Of a DNA stretch of 64,000 bases, positions 8,790 through 19,021 are shown piece after piece. The position numbers and the translations under genes are program-made. The notes under the pieces are model-generated. The model ran no database searches. It was not told the origin of the DNA and saw only the letters and a program-made list of their open reading frames with translations. The DNA lies in contig CAWKMU010000003.1 of the NCBI GenBank assembly GCA_963850905.1, positions 2,912,001 to 2,976,000 of the forward strand, in the 5' to 3' direction. Each line of letters opens with the position of its first letter. The stretch's first letter is position 1. This DNA comes from an uncultured Gemmatimonadales bacterium. Its GTDB lineage: Bacteria > Gemmatimonadota > Gemmatimonadetes > Gemmatimonadales > Gemmatimonadaceae.

Positions 8790-10727
8790 GTGATCCTGGG
8801 CACCGCGGGCCACATCGATCACGGCAAGACGGCGTTGGTGCGAGCCCTGACCGGCGTCGATACGGATCGGCTGCCCGAGGAGCAGCGACGGGGCATTACC
8901 ATCGAGCTCGGATTTGCGCCCCTCCAGCTACCCGGCGTGGGGACGATCGGGGTCGTCGACGTGCCGGGACACGAAGCGTTCGTCCGCACAATGCTCGCGG
9001 GCGCCTCCGGCATCGATCTCGCACTGCTCGTCATCGCAGCCAATGAAGGCGTGATGCCGCAGACCCGAGAGCACTTGACTATCCTGGGACTTCTGGGCAT
9101 TCGGGCCGGGGTCATCGCACTGACGAAAGCGGATCTCGTCGACGATGAGTGGCTCTCGCTCGTGCGGGACGATGTCACATCGCTGGTGCGAGGATCGGCG
9201 CTCGAAGGGGCTCCTCAGATCGCGGTATCGACCGTGACGGAGTTGGGGCTCGATGCCCTGCGCCATGCGTTGGCCGTGGCCGCGGCCGCGGTGCCACAAC
9301 GCGACGCCGACGACCTGTTTCGCCTTCCGGTCGACCGCGCCTTCACGGTTCGCGGCACAGGAACCGTCGTGACGGGCACCGTGTGGACGGGGAGACTGCG
9401 GAAGGATGACGTCGTTCACATCCTGCCGTCTGGCCGGCGTGCGCGCGTTCGGGCGCTTCAAAGTCATGGGACCGCGATCGATGTCGCGGAACCGGGATCG
9501 CGGCTAGCCGTCAGTCTGGGCGGAATAGAAATCGCGGATGTCCCCCGCGGATCCACCCTCGTGACGGATTCCGCGTGGGAACCGGTGAACGTGGTGCGAG
9601 CCGACGTACAGATGCTGGATAATGCCCCCGACCTGAGCGCGCGTGCACGCGTTCGATTCCATCTGGGGACGCGTGATGTCAGTGCTCGCATCGTGCTCGG
9701 AACCGAAGCCGGACCGCCGCGCTCCGGACTCGCAACGTCGCCACTGACGCCGACCCGCATCGTTCTCGACGAGGCGATCGCTGCCCGCGGTGGCGACCGG
9801 TTCGTCGTGCGAGCCGGCAGCCCTCCCTCGACGATCGGTGGCGGCACCATCACCGACGCGGCGCCCGGCCACGCGCGCGTGCGCCCGTGGCGCAGAGCCG
9901 CACAGCCGGTCGCCGAGCGGATCTGGGACATGGTGCGTGACGCCGGGGCGCGCGGAGTCCCCCGCGAGGCGCTGCCGATTCGGGCGGGCCTCCGCCCCGC
10001 CGAATTGTCTGGGCTCACGCGCTCGTTGACAGATCGCACTGAGCTGATCGGCGGCGTCTTCTACGATCGTGAAGCGATCGTGGACATCGAGCGCCGTGTG
10101 ACAGACCTGGTAGCGGCACATCACGAACGCACCCCTCTCGAGGAAGGCCTCTCCCTCCAGTCGCTCCGTAGCGCGCTGAATGCCAGCCCCGTGTTGGCCG
10201 ATGTCGTGATCGATCGACTGATGGCAAAGCAGGCGCTCGTCACGGAGCGAGGGCTGGTCCGACGCCATGGATGGACGGTGCGGCCGACTGCCGCACAGGA
10301 GACGTTGCTCGGCGCGCTCGAGCGTGCCGTGGTCCAGGCCGACCGAGAGCCCCCGAGTGTCTCGGAGCTCGCCGCGTCCGGTATGGGCACGCCAGACTCG
10401 GTAACGACTCTGCTACGGTTGCTCGATCGGCGAGGGGTGATACGCCAGGTCGAGAGCGAGCGTTTCTATAGTGTAGGCACGCTGTCGCGCCTGAGCGAGG
10501 CACTCCGCTCGGGCATGGCACCGGGTCGGGAGTATGGGCCCGCCGAGCTGCGGGAATTCCTCGGGGTGTCGCGGAAGTATCTGATCCCCTTGCTAGAGTA
10601 CTTCGACAGAGTGGGTGTGACGGAGCGACGAACGAATGGTCGTGTGCTCATGGATCCGCAGCGGGGAGGGCAGGGTGGGGTGCCGGCACCAACAGGGGAG
10701 ACGGACAAGCGTTTCGAACCAAGCTAA
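8790..10727 (+). CDS. selB: Selenocysteine-specific elongation factor
   Basis: GTAGHIDHGKT, RLPEEQRRGITIELGF, DVPGHE; C-terminal winged helix SRKYLIPLLEYFD. Confidence 0.96.
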   Translation: MILGTAGHIDHGKTALVRALTGVDTDRLPEEQRRGITIELGFAPLQLPGVGTIGVVDVPGHEAFVRTMLAGASGIDLALLVIAANEGVMPQTREHLTILGLLGIRAGVIALTKADLVDDEWLSLVRDDVTSLVRGSALEGAPQIAVSTVTELGLDALRHALAVAAAAVPQRDADDLFRLPVDRAFTVRGTGTVVTGTVWTGRLRKDDVVHILPSGRRARVRALQSHGTAIDVAEPGSRLAVSLGGIEIADVPRGSTLVTDSAWEPVNVVRADVQMLDNAPDLSARARVRFHLGTRDVSARIVLGTEAGPPRSGLATSPLTPTRIVLDEAIAARGGDRFVVRAGSPPSTIGGGTITDAAPGHARVRPWRRAAQPVAERIWDMVRDAGARGVPREALPIRAGLRPAELSGLTRSLTDRTELIGGVFYDREAIVDIERRVTDLVAAHHERTPLEEGLSLQSLRSALNASPVLADVVIDRLMAKQALVTERGLVRRHGWTVRPTAAQETLLGALERAVVQADREPPSVSELAASGMGTPDSVTTLLRLLDRRGVIRQVESERFYSVGTLSRLSEALRSGMAPGREYGPAELREFLGVSRKYLIPLLEYFDRVGVTERRTNGRVLMDPQRGGQGGVPAPTGETDKRFEPS

Positions 10728-10844
10728 ACCGGAGACCAACGCCGACTTACGCCGCGCCGACGGGAACCGACTTGTGCGAGATTTGGTTGTCCTTGTAAGC
10801 TGTTGGAACGCGTGGTGCAGGGTGGGGTAGCTCATGGGGTCGGC

Positions 10845-10873
10845 TTGACAGAGTGGACAAATGAGCCTAACGT
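10845..10873 (+). promoter_or_regulatory. Putative sigma70 promoter
   Basis: TTGACA-17 bp-TAACGT. Confidence 0.5.
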
Positions 10874-10950
10874 TGCGGGCCGAACAAAACCCGTCGCTAC
10901 ACGCCCAGGAGCGTCTTACCGCACTTCTTTCGTCAGCCCGGAGTCTGTCC

Positions 10951-11499
10951 ATGCTGTCCCGTAAGGGGAACGCGCGCACTGAATCGCGCGGCCGACTGCG
11001 CCTGTGGCCGGTCCCTGGTTGGTTGAGTGGTTTTGCTGTGCTCTTCATGAGCGCGGCCGCGCTGTTTGCGCCGACGGTCGTCCGCGCGCAAACAGCGCAA
11101 CCGGGCTCGCCGCCCAGCGCCAGCAAGCACCAAGAAGGTGCCCTGCTCGCCCTCGGCCAGAACTACCCCAATCCGTTTAGTCCCGCCACGCGCATTCCCT
11201 TTAGCGTCGGCGATCCGCCCGTGTGCTCGGATCCGGCGCGCGTGTACCGCGTGAGCCTCAAGGTGTACAACCTGCTGGCCCAACCGGTCGCGGTGCCCGT
11301 GGTCGTCGACGGAACCGCGAGCTCCGCACCCATCGGCCAGCCGGTGCAGGCACTGGAGTTGCCCTGCGGTCAATACACGGCTTACTGGGACGGCACTGCG
11401 ATGGCGACTAATCGCGCGGTCGCGTCCGGGTTGTATCTCTACCGACTGGAGATCAACGGCAAGCCGATCGCCGCGCGGAAAATGCTGATCCAGCGGTAA
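10951..11499 (+). CDS. Secreted protein made of a single FlgD-Ig / T9SS type A sorting-like domain
   Basis: Signal peptide (VRA-Q); LGQNYPNPF, LKVYNLL, WDG, VASGLYLYRL, RKML motifs. Confidence 0.75.
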   Translation: MLSRKGNARTESRGRLRLWPVPGWLSGFAVLFMSAAALFAPTVVRAQTAQPGSPPSASKHQEGALLALGQNYPNPFSPATRIPFSVGDPPVCSDPARVYRVSLKVYNLLAQPVAVPVVVDGTASSAPIGQPVQALELPCGQYTAYWDGTAMATNRAVASGLYLYRLEINGKPIAARKMLIQR

Positions 11500-11604
11500 G
11501 CCGCGGCTCGCACCTGCACGCATCGCGACGCGACACCGCGCCGCTTTTTTTTGCGCGCGCTCGCCACTGACGTGCGCTTTGTCTACTCTCTGCTTTCTGC
11601 AGTT

Positions 11605-12117
11605 CTACTTTGTCGGGCCGCTGCGCGCCGCGGGGGCCGCCGTCATCGGCTTTGCGCCCGGAGATTTCGGGGGAGGCAGGGGAGCCGGAGGTTGGAACGG
11701 ATGTGGTGGCGGCGCGGCTTGGCCGAGTGCTAGGACCTTGCGATCGATGGCTCGCAGGATGTCGGATGCGCGCCCCGGAGGATCGGAGAGGTGACTCGCG
11801 GTGCTCTCGATCGTGGCAGGCGTCGCGTGGTACTTCCGCATGATCGAGTCGCGGATGGCCTGGCGACCTGCGCTGTCACGTGTAGTCTCGGGTCCGCCTG
11901 GCTGTACCGCGCGGCGCAGTTCGGCCATCACGGCGACGAATGCGGAGTCACTGAGATCGCCTGGCCGCGTCCGGTGCCCTCGACACCCCACCAATCCGCC
12001 GAACGCGACTAGAGCGGCGAGTTGCAGTCCGCGGAGCCCTGATTTGCGGCGACCCTGTCGAAGCCGGTGTGGCCGACGCTGATCCTGGCCCGGGGGGCGA
12101 TATGTTTCGATATCCAT
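11605..12117 (-). CDS. Hypothetical lipoprotein (DUF4296-like)
   Basis: Lipobox [13 protein letters not shown] helix; Pro-rich tail. Confidence 0.6.
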   Translation of the reverse strand: MDIETYRPPGQDQRRPHRLRQGRRKSGLRGLQLAALVAFGGLVGCRGHRTRPGDLSDSAFVAVMAELRRAVQPGGPETTRDSAGRQAIRDSIMRKYHATPATIESTASHLSDPPGRASDILRAIDRKVLALGQAAPPPHPFQPPAPLPPPKSPGAKPMTAAPAARSGPTK

Positions 12118-12138
12118 CGAGAACGGGATAGGCACGTG

Positions 12139-14817
12139 ATGAATCCGGACAGGCTGACGGTAAAATCGGGTGAGGCTCTCAACGCGGCCATCGCGCTGGC
12201 GCGTCAGAACGGCAACCCGCTCGTGTATGATACGCACCTGCTGCTTGCCCTGCTCCAGCAAGAGGAAGGAATCGTCGTCCCCGTCCTGCAGAAGTTGGGT
12301 GTCAGCGTCGCGGCCCTGCGCGAACAACTCGAACGCGAAATCCAGCGGTTCCCGAAGCAGAGCAACGCCCAGCCGACGCTGTCACGTGAGTTGAACGGCG
12401 TGTTGGATCGGGCCGAGCGCGAGGCCCAGTCGCTCGGGGACGAATACGTCTCGACTGAGCACCTCCTGCTTGCGCTGTCGGACGCGCGGGGGACGGAGAG
12501 TCGTACCTTGCTCGAGACGGCTGGGGCCAACCATACCAACCTGCTCGAGTCGCTGAAGTCCGTCCGCGGCTCCCATCGGGTGACCGACCAGACCCCCGAG
12601 ACGCAGTACCAGGCGCTCCAGCGGTACACCCGCGATCTGACCGATGCGGCCCGCAAGGGCAAACTCGACCCGGTCATCGGCCGCGATGAGGAGATTCGCC
12701 GCGTCATTCAAGTGCTGTCGCGGCGCACCAAGAACAACCCCGTGCTCATCGGCGAGCCGGGTGTCGGCAAGACCGCGATCGCCGAAGGGCTAGCACAGCG
12801 CATCGCCAATGGCGACGTGCCCGAAGGACTCAAGAACAAGCGACTCGTATCGCTCGATCTCGGAGCCCTCATCGCCGGCGCGAAGTATCGGGGCGAGTTC
12901 GAGGAGCGACTCAAAGCGGTGCTCAAGGAGATTACTGACGCCCAGGGGCTGTTCATCGTGTTCATCGACGAGCTGCACACCATTGTCGGAGCGGGGAAAG
13001 CCGAGGGCGCGATGGACGCGGGCAACATGCTCAAGCCGATGTTGGCGCGCGGTGAGCTACGCGTGGTGGGTGCGACGACGCTCGATGAGTACCGCAAGCA
13101 CATCGAGAAGGACGCCGCCCTGGAACGGCGGTTCCAGCCGGTGTACGTCGGCGAGCCCTCGGTGGAGAGCACCATCGCGATTCTGCGAGGCCTGAAGCAG
13201 CGCTACGAGGCGCATCACGGCGTGCGCATCACTGACGGCGCCATCGTGGCGGCCGCGACCCTGTCCAATCGGTACATCGGTGATCGGTTCCTGCCCGACA
13301 AGGCCATCGACCTGATCGATGAAGCCGCGTCGCACCTCCGCATCGAGATCGACTCGCTCCCACAAGAGATCGATGAAGTCGAGCGACGCATCATGCAGCT
13401 CGAGATCGAGCGCGAAGCGTTGCGCAAGGAGAAGGACAAGGCATCGCGGGAACGGCTGGAGTCTCTGGAACGGGAGCTCACCGAGTTGCGAGAGCGATCG
13501 TCGGGGATGAAAGCACAATGGCAGCGGGAGAAAGAGACACTCTCCCTCGTCGGCAAGCTGAAACAGGACATCGATGACGTGCGCGGACAGGCCGATCAAG
13601 CGACCCGCGCCGGAGACCTCGGGCGTGCGGCTGAGCTCACGTACGGACGTGTCCCGCAGCTGGAGCAGGAGATGCGGCGCGCCGAGGCCCAGCTCACCGC
13701 AGCGTCCGACGGGGGACCGCAGTTCCTCCACCAGGAGGTGACGGCGGACGACGTCGCCGACGTCGTCGCCAAGTGGACGGGCATCCCCGTGTCGCGGATG
13801 CTCGAGGGCGAGCGCGAGCGCCTGACGCGCCTCGACGAGGTGTTGGCGTCTCGGGTGATCGGGCAGCGGGAGGCGGTGGAGGCGGTCGCCGATGCGGTCC
13901 GCCGGGCGCGCGCGGGGCTGCAGGACCCGAACCGTCCGATCGGGTCCTTCATCTTCCTGGGTCCCACCGGCGTCGGCAAAACAGAGACTGCGCGCGCACT
14001 GGCCGAGTTCCTGTTTGATGATGAGAACGCAATGGTGCGCATCGACATGTCGGAGTACATGGAGAAACACGCCGTCGCACGGCTCATTGGCGCCCCGCCG
14101 GGCTACGTGGGCTTCGAGGAGGGCGGTCAGCTCACCGAAGCGATTCGCCGTCGACCCTATTCGGTCATTCTGTTCGACGAGATCGAGAAGGCGCACCACA
14201 ATGTGTTCAATATCCTCCTGCAAATCCTCGACGACGGCCGCCTCACGGATTCGCAGGGCCGGACAGTGGACTTCCGGAATACCGTCGTGATCATGACGTC
14301 CAATATCGGAAGTACCTACATCCTCGAGCATAGTGGCGCCGATTGGGCGGAAGTCGAGGCGCAGGTCCTCGCGGCGTTGCGCCAGCATTTCCGGCCCGAA
14401 TTCCTCAACCGGGTCGATGATATCATCGTCTTCCGGCCGCTCGGGGAGGAACAGATCGGTCGCATCATCGAGTTGCAGCTTCGACGGTTGGAGCGGTTGC
14501 TCGCCGAGAAGAAGTTGACCATCGAGTTGACGCCCGAGGCTCGGCGGGTGGTGGCCGTCGAGGGCTACGACCCCGCGTACGGAGCTCGGCCGCTCAAGCG
14601 TGCATTGCAACGCTTGATTCAGAATCCCCTGGCGCTCGGTGTGCTCGACGGCCGCTTCAAGGAGGGTGATCACATCCTGGTGACCGCTACGCCCGCCGGG
14701 CGGCTGGGATTCGAAGTGGCGGCCGATCACGCTGAGCGTGAACCAGCAGGGGTGGGATCCGATGGCGGCGGCACATCGGGGAGGGCTTCGGGCAGCCGCC
14801 CGAAATCCAAGCGCTAG
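12139..14817 (+). CDS. clpB: ATP-dependent chaperone ClpB
   Basis: Two AAA+ modules ([16 protein letters not shown]), coiled-coil middle domain, [19 protein letters not shown]. Confidence 0.98.
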   Translation: MNPDRLTVKSGEALNAAIALARQNGNPLVYDTHLLLALLQQEEGIVVPVLQKLGVSVAALREQLEREIQRFPKQSNAQPTLSRELNGVLDRAEREAQSLGDEYVSTEHLLLALSDARGTESRTLLETAGANHTNLLESLKSVRGSHRVTDQTPETQYQALQRYTRDLTDAARKGKLDPVIGRDEEIRRVIQVLSRRTKNNPVLIGEPGVGKTAIAEGLAQRIANGDVPEGLKNKRLVSLDLGALIAGAKYRGEFEERLKAVLKEITDAQGLFIVFIDELHTIVGAGKAEGAMDAGNMLKPMLARGELRVVGATTLDEYRKHIEKDAALERRFQPVYVGEPSVESTIAILRGLKQRYEAHHGVRITDGAIVAAATLSNRYIGDRFLPDKAIDLIDEAASHLRIEIDSLPQEIDEVERRIMQLEIEREALRKEKDKASRERLESLERELTELRERSSGMKAQWQREKETLSLVGKLKQDIDDVRGQADQATRAGDLGRAAELTYGRVPQLEQEMRRAEAQLTAASDGGPQFLHQEVTADDVADVVAKWTGIPVSRMLEGERERLTRLDEVLASRVIGQREAVEAVADAVRRARAGLQDPNRPIGSFIFLGPTGVGKTETARALAEFLFDDENAMVRIDMSEYMEKHAVARLIGAPPGYVGFEEGGQLTEAIRRRPYSVILFDEIEKAHHNVFNILLQILDDGRLTDSQGRTVDFRNTVVIMTSNIGSTYILEHSGADWAEVEAQVLAALRQHFRPEFLNRVDDIIVFRPLGEEQIGRIIELQLRRLERLLAEKKLTIELTPEARRVVAVEGYDPAYGARPLKRALQRLIQNPLALGVLDGRFKEGDHILVTATPAGRLGFEVAADHAEREPAGVGSDGGGTSGRASGSRPKSKR

Positions 14818-14870
14818 GCCGCCGCGGCCATGCGGTACCGATCGCGGCAATCGCGCCCCGGACCTGGCCC

Positions 14871-15365
14871 ATGGTAGTCGTGATGCGACGGCCGTCGCCG
14901 GCGCTCGATCCGGACGCGCGGTGGATGGCCGCTGCCCTCGAAATCGCGGAGGCGGCCCAGGCGGCAGACGAGGTGCCGGTCGGCGCGGTGGTCGTCGCGC
15001 AGGGGACGATCATTGCCTCTGCAGCCAACCGGACCCGTCGTGATCGGGACGCGACGTCTCACGCGGAACTGCTGGCGTTGCGGGAAGCGGCCACGGGGCT
15101 GGGGACACCCGTCCTGGATGCCGCAACGCTGTACGTGACGCTCGAGCCGTGCGCCATGTGTGCGGGAGCCATCGTGCTCGCCCGCGTCTCGCGCGTGGTA
15201 TTTGGCGCGTGGGATGACAAGGCGGGGATGGCGGGGTCTGTGGGAGACCTCCTGCGTCACTCGCGACTCAACCACCGCCCTGAGGTGCTGGGTGGTGTAC
15301 TGGCGCAGGAGTGTGGGGCGATCCTGTCGGCGTTCTTTGCGGCGCGCCGCGAGGCGAACGCGTAG
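14871..15365 (+). CDS. tadA: tRNA adenosine(34) deaminase
   Basis: EVPVGAVVV, HAE, TLEPCAMCAGA, LNHR, FFAARR. Confidence 0.93.
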   Translation: MVVVMRRPSPALDPDARWMAAALEIAEAAQAADEVPVGAVVVAQGTIIASAANRTRRDRDATSHAELLALREAATGLGTPVLDAATLYVTLEPCAMCAGAIVLARVSRVVFGAWDDKAGMAGSVGDLLRHSRLNHRPEVLGGVLAQECGAILSAFFAARREANA

Positions 15366-15647
15366 GGCCTGGTCGCCGCTGTGTGATCGGCCTGCATCGG
15401 GGGCCGCGGACGGGGCAACCGGGCGCTAGCTGACCTATGGCCACTAGTGGGTGTCAACGATCCCTCCTAATCCTCCAACACTGTGCCGGGGTCTCATCAC
15501 GCGCCAGCGAAAGGGGGCTGCTGGTATGGCGGGGCCGAGCCCAGCCACCAAGCAGCCGATGAGGCGGGCATCGGACGGCCAGCAACATCCGCAGTCGACA
15601 ATCGACTCGGTACGCTCACGTAGCTCGAGCGGAGAGGAGGAATACAC

Positions 15648-16367
15648 ATGACCAGGCAATGCTTCGTCGCAGTGGCGTTTATCGTGGGAGGGACCGCGGC
15701 CCTCGCCACGGCGGCCGCACCGAAGGCCGTGGCGCAAGATCCAGCCGTGCAGCAGAAATTGGCTGCCGTTAAGCAGGCGGCGGCCGCGAATAAGCAAGCG
15801 CTCGCTCAGTACACCTGGCAGGAACTGCAGACCATAAGCGTCAAGGGCGAAGCGAAAAAGCAAGCGACGTATTCCGTCCGCCTCGGCCCGGATGGCAAAC
15901 CGCAAAAGACGGAGATCGACTCTCAACCTTCGGCATCACCGTCGGGCGGGCCGGTCAAGAAGCATGTCGTAGAGAAGAAAGAGGGCGAATATGAGACCTA
16001 CGGGAAGCAGATCGCCGCACTGGCGCAGAGCTATATGCAACCGGACCCCGGACGCCTGCAACAACTCTATCAGCAAGGCAAAGTCACACTGGCGCCGGGT
16101 ACGTCGCAACTGGTGATTCACGACTACGTGAAGCAAGGTGACTCAGTGACGATGACGTTGGACCCGGCCGCGAAGACGCTGAAATCCATTCAGGTGGGGT
16201 CGTATCTCAGCAAGCCCAGCGACGCGGTGACGATATCCGCTACTTTCGACCAGATCCCCAACGGGCCCAACCATGTGTCCGCGATGACCGTGGACGGGGT
16301 CAGTAAGGAATTGACGGTGCAAACGCAAAATTCCAACTATCAGAAGATCGGCTCGTCGAGTAGTTGA
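15648..16367 (+). CDS. Secreted hypothetical protein
   Basis: Strong RBS gaggagg, signal peptide (AVA-Q), Q/K-rich composition. Confidence 0.8.
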   Translation: MTRQCFVAVAFIVGGTAALATAAAPKAVAQDPAVQQKLAAVKQAAAANKQALAQYTWQELQTISVKGEAKKQATYSVRLGPDGKPQKTEIDSQPSASPSGGPVKKHVVEKKEGEYETYGKQIAALAQSYMQPDPGRLQQLYQQGKVTLAPGTSQLVIHDYVKQGDSVTMTLDPAAKTLKSIQVGSYLSKPSDAVTISATFDQIPNGPNHVSAMTVDGVSKELTVQTQNSNYQKIGSSSS

Positions 16368-16397
16368 GGCGTTGTCTATCCTCGGCCGCATGTTGAG

Positions 16398-16434
16398 CGC
16401 GGCGCCAAGATCCGAGAGCTTGGCGCCGCGTCTT
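16398..16434 (+). terminator. Hairpin, possible terminator
   Basis: Perfect 12-bp stem cgcggcgccaag/cttggcgccgcg with a weak U tract. Confidence 0.45.
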
Positions 16435-16509
16435 GCGAACGGGGGGCGGCGTGATCGCGCGGCGCCGTGCGATCACCAACGTGGTTGCGCGTGCCGGCCG
16501 CCGCACGCC

Positions 16510-16538
16510 TTGCCGCGCCATTCGACTGACGATAAGTT
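16510..16538 (+). promoter_or_regulatory. Putative sigma70 promoter for fluoride riboswitch 1
   Basis: TTGCCG-17 bp-TAAGTT, 16 nt upstream of the aptamer. Confidence 0.5.
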
Positions 16539-16554
16539 CAGCCTGAGAACCTGA

Positions 16555-16607
16555 GGGCGATGGAGTTCGCCCAAACCACCGCCGAATTTGGCGGTTGATG
16601 ACTCCTG
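16555..16607 (+). ncRNA. Fluoride riboswitch (crcB motif) #1
   Basis: GGCGATGGAGTTCGCC-AAACC-ACCGCC/GGCGGT-TGATGACTCCT; GGAG/CTCC pseudoknot. Confidence 0.93.
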
Positions 16608-16636
16608 TCTGGCTTCGGCCGGGCAGGGGTTTTTTT
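16602..16636 (+). terminator. Intrinsic terminator, expression platform of riboswitch #1
   Basis: cctgtctggc-ttcg-gccgggcagg followed by a T7 tract; overlaps the pseudoknot strand. Confidence 0.88.
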
Positions 16637-16664
16637 GCGTGTGTGGCAGCCACGGAGGGAGATC

Positions 16665-17891
16665 GTGTCATCGAATGTCTGGTTGATCGCGGCCAGCTGG
16701 ATGGCGCTGGCGCTGCTCGCGAGTCTCATCTCGATTCGCCTCGCGGTGTCGGTCGCGTTGATCGAGATCCTGGTGGGCGTGATCGCCGGCAACTTCTTCG
16801 GGCTCCATACGACGCCCTGGATCGATTTCCTCGCCACCTTTGGTTCGGGACTCCTGACGTTCCTGGCCGGCGCGGAAATCGAGCCCTCAGCGCTGCGACG
16901 ACACCTGGGCCCGGCGCTGGCGATCGGAGCAATGAGTTTCCTGGTGCCCTTCGCGTTCGCCCTCGCGTTCGCCCGATGGGTCGCTCAGTGGGACTGGCAT
17001 GCGGCCGAAATCGCGGGGATCGCCCTCTCCACGACGTCGGTCGCGGTGGTCTATGCGACCATGATCGAGACCGGCCTGAATCGGACGGAGCTGGGGAAGC
17101 TCATCCTCGCTGCGTGCTTCGTGACGGATCTCGGGACCGTGCTCGCGCTGGGCATCCTGTTCGCCACGTTCAACGCGTGGCTGGCCGTGTTTGTCGGCGT
17201 GACAGCCATCGTGCTTTGGTACCTGCCGCGCGTCACGCGCTACGTCATCGCGACGGTGGGCAACCGCGTGTCCGAACCCGAGGTCAAGTTCGTCTTTCTC
17301 GTGCTCTTCGCCCTTGGCGGGCTGGCGCAAGTCGCGAAGAGTGAGGCGGTGCTCCCGGCCTATCTCGTCGGACTCGTCGTTGCCGGCGTGTTTGTTCGGG
17401 ATCGCGTGCTGGTAGACCGCATGCGGAGCATCGCCTTTGCGATCCTCACGCCATTCTACTTTATCAAGGCGGGCCTGTTCGTGTCGCTCCCGGCGATCGC
17501 CACCGGTGCGCTGATCATCATCGCGTTGTTCGTCGTGAAGGTTATCTCGAAGATCGTCGGAGTCTGGCCGTTGACCCGAGTCTTTCGATTTGGGCAGCGT
17601 GAAGGTGCCTACACGACGCTGCTCATGGCGACGGGCCTCACCTTCGGGACGATCTCCGCTCTCTTTGGGTTGACGAACCACCTCATTAGCCAAAGCCAGT
17701 ACACGATTCTCGTCACGGTCGTCATCGGCAGCGCAGTGCTGCCGACGCTCGTCGCTCAGCGCTTCTTCCAGCCCGAAGCGGCGATCCCGGAGAGCGCGGA
17801 GGTCGTCGAGCTCGAGGAGGTGGAAGGTGCCCTCGACGCCGGCGCCGTTACGGCACGGCCGCGGCGCCCCTCGCGCGGAACTGCTTCCTGA
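16665..17891 (+). CDS. Cation:proton antiporter (CPA2/Na_H_Exchanger family)
   Basis: About 12 TM segments; FLAGAEI, LSTTSVAVV, AACFVTDL, PFYFIKAG; GTG start with RBS ggaggga. Confidence 0.88.
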   Translation: MSSNVWLIAASWMALALLASLISIRLAVSVALIEILVGVIAGNFFGLHTTPWIDFLATFGSGLLTFLAGAEIEPSALRRHLGPALAIGAMSFLVPFAFALAFARWVAQWDWHAAEIAGIALSTTSVAVVYATMIETGLNRTELGKLILAACFVTDLGTVLALGILFATFNAWLAVFVGVTAIVLWYLPRVTRYVIATVGNRVSEPEVKFVFLVLFALGGLAQVAKSEAVLPAYLVGLVVAGVFVRDRVLVDRMRSIAFAILTPFYFIKAGLFVSLPAIATGALIIIALFVVKVISKIVGVWPLTRVFRFGQREGAYTTLLMATGLTFGTISALFGLTNHLISQSQYTILVTVVIGSAVLPTLVAQRFFQPEAAIPESAEVVELEEVEGALDAGAVTARPRRPSRGTAS

Positions 17892-17900
17892 TCGCGGCGA

Positions 17901-18305
17901 TTATTCCGGAACCGCCTGCCAGCTGCCGGTGATGTCCATGGGCCACGGTTCCGCGCTTTCCTCGTCGGCTCGGTGCGGGCGGTACATGATGACCTTCGCC
18001 CGCTCCAGCGTCACGAGACCTCCGCCGATCATCTCATCGAGCTCAGGAAGGATCGCGAGGATCCGCTCTTCGGTCTCGATGCACTCGATCACGACTGGCA
18101 GGTCCAACGACAAGAACTCGAAGCGCTCGCTGCGGAGTTTGGCACTTGCGCCGAAACCCATGATGCCGCGGAACACCGTCGCTCCAGCGTAGTGTCGTTC
18201 ACGGAGGAGCTCGACGATGGCCGCATACAGCGACTTGCCATGCCACTTGTCCCGCTCGCCGATGTGAATGCGCATGAGAACGCGCTCGCCCTTGAAGCCG
18301 TGCAT
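17901..18305 (-). CDS. DUF190 (PII-like) protein
   Basis: LMRIHIGERDKWHGKSLY, GATVFRGIMGFG, LSLDLPVVIE, GLVTLE. Confidence 0.9.
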   Translation of the reverse strand: MHGFKGERVLMRIHIGERDKWHGKSLYAAIVELLRERHYAGATVFRGIMGFGASAKLRSERFEFLSLDLPVVIECIETEERILAILPELDEMIGGGLVTLERAKVIMYRPHRADEESAEPWPMDITGSWQAVPE

Positions 18306-18410
18306 GACAGGTCCCTCCGCGTGGACTCAACGACCGGGTGCTCGAGGTGCCGCCGCGTCTCCCCTGGGGCAATGCATACACGAGGGTACGAGGGGCGTCA
18401 ACGCCCGGGA

Positions 18411-18887
18411 TCATGGGCCGCCCCAGGGTGCGTCGGACGTCTGGTCGATGTCTGGGGTGGCATGCAAGAGGGCACGAATCGCGGCAAATGCCTCCCGGAA
18501 ACGGTCGAGGTCCGGCGCGAGAACCGCGTCGAGGTCTTCGGAAACGGCACCATAGCCGCGCAGCTGCTTCACGCCGCTCTCGTCCAGGCGGACGATCTGA
18601 GCCGAGATATGGGCTTCAATGCTGCTCGCCCGCGAGAACCCGTGCGAGTCGAGCGAGAATCGCTCGCTGAACACGGCGACATGAGCACGGACTTCGCCGA
18701 GAATCGGGCGAATACGTTCGGGGAAGCCTGCGGGCAGATCGGCCGCGTAGTGGGTGAGGATGGAGTCGCGGTCCAGATCAGGATCGAGGAAATGCTCGAT
18801 TTCGGTGACAGTGTCCTCGATGCCGGCTGCGAGGACCGAGAGATGCGCCCTCTGGGACTTGTTCACCAACGGGCGATGGGCCACCAA
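18411..18887 (-). CDS. Hypothetical helical protein downstream of fluoride riboswitch #2
   Basis: 158-aa ORF with RBS gggag; N.SQR.HL and LRGYG motifs. Confidence 0.75.
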   Translation of the reverse strand: MVAHRPLVNKSQRAHLSVLAAGIEDTVTEIEHFLDPDLDRDSILTHYAADLPAGFPERIRPILGEVRAHVAVFSERFSLDSHGFSRASSIEAHISAQIVRLDESGVKQLRGYGAVSEDLDAVLAPDLDRFREAFAAIRALLHATPDIDQTSDAPWGGP

Positions 18888-18913
18888 GAGACGCTCCCGC
18901 GTGCGAGGTCCAC

Positions 18914-18991
18914 GTAGGAGTCATCAGCGCCGGCGTTGGTGCCTGAGGAGGCAGCCGCGATCCGGTGCGGTTGAGGGCGAACTCCATCGCC
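18914..18991 (-). ncRNA. Fluoride riboswitch (crcB motif) #2 with an extended variable stem
   Basis: Minus strand reads GGCGATGGAGTTCGCC-ctcAACCGC-(38 nt)-GCTGATGACTCCTAC. Confidence 0.92.
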
Positions 18992-19001
18992 GACGAGTGA
19001 A

Positions 19002-19021
19002 CGTGGAATCTTGATTCCACG
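19002..19021. promoter_or_regulatory. Perfect 9-2-9 inverted repeat, candidate operator
   Basis: cgtggaatc-tt-gattccacg between a minus-strand TTGACC (19030-19035) and riboswitch #2. Confidence 0.55.

Noticed and set aside
13057..14850. Long antisense ORFs (597 aa opposite clpB and many similar ones)
   Set aside because: Shadow ORFs expected from high-GC codon bias; no recognisable motifs.
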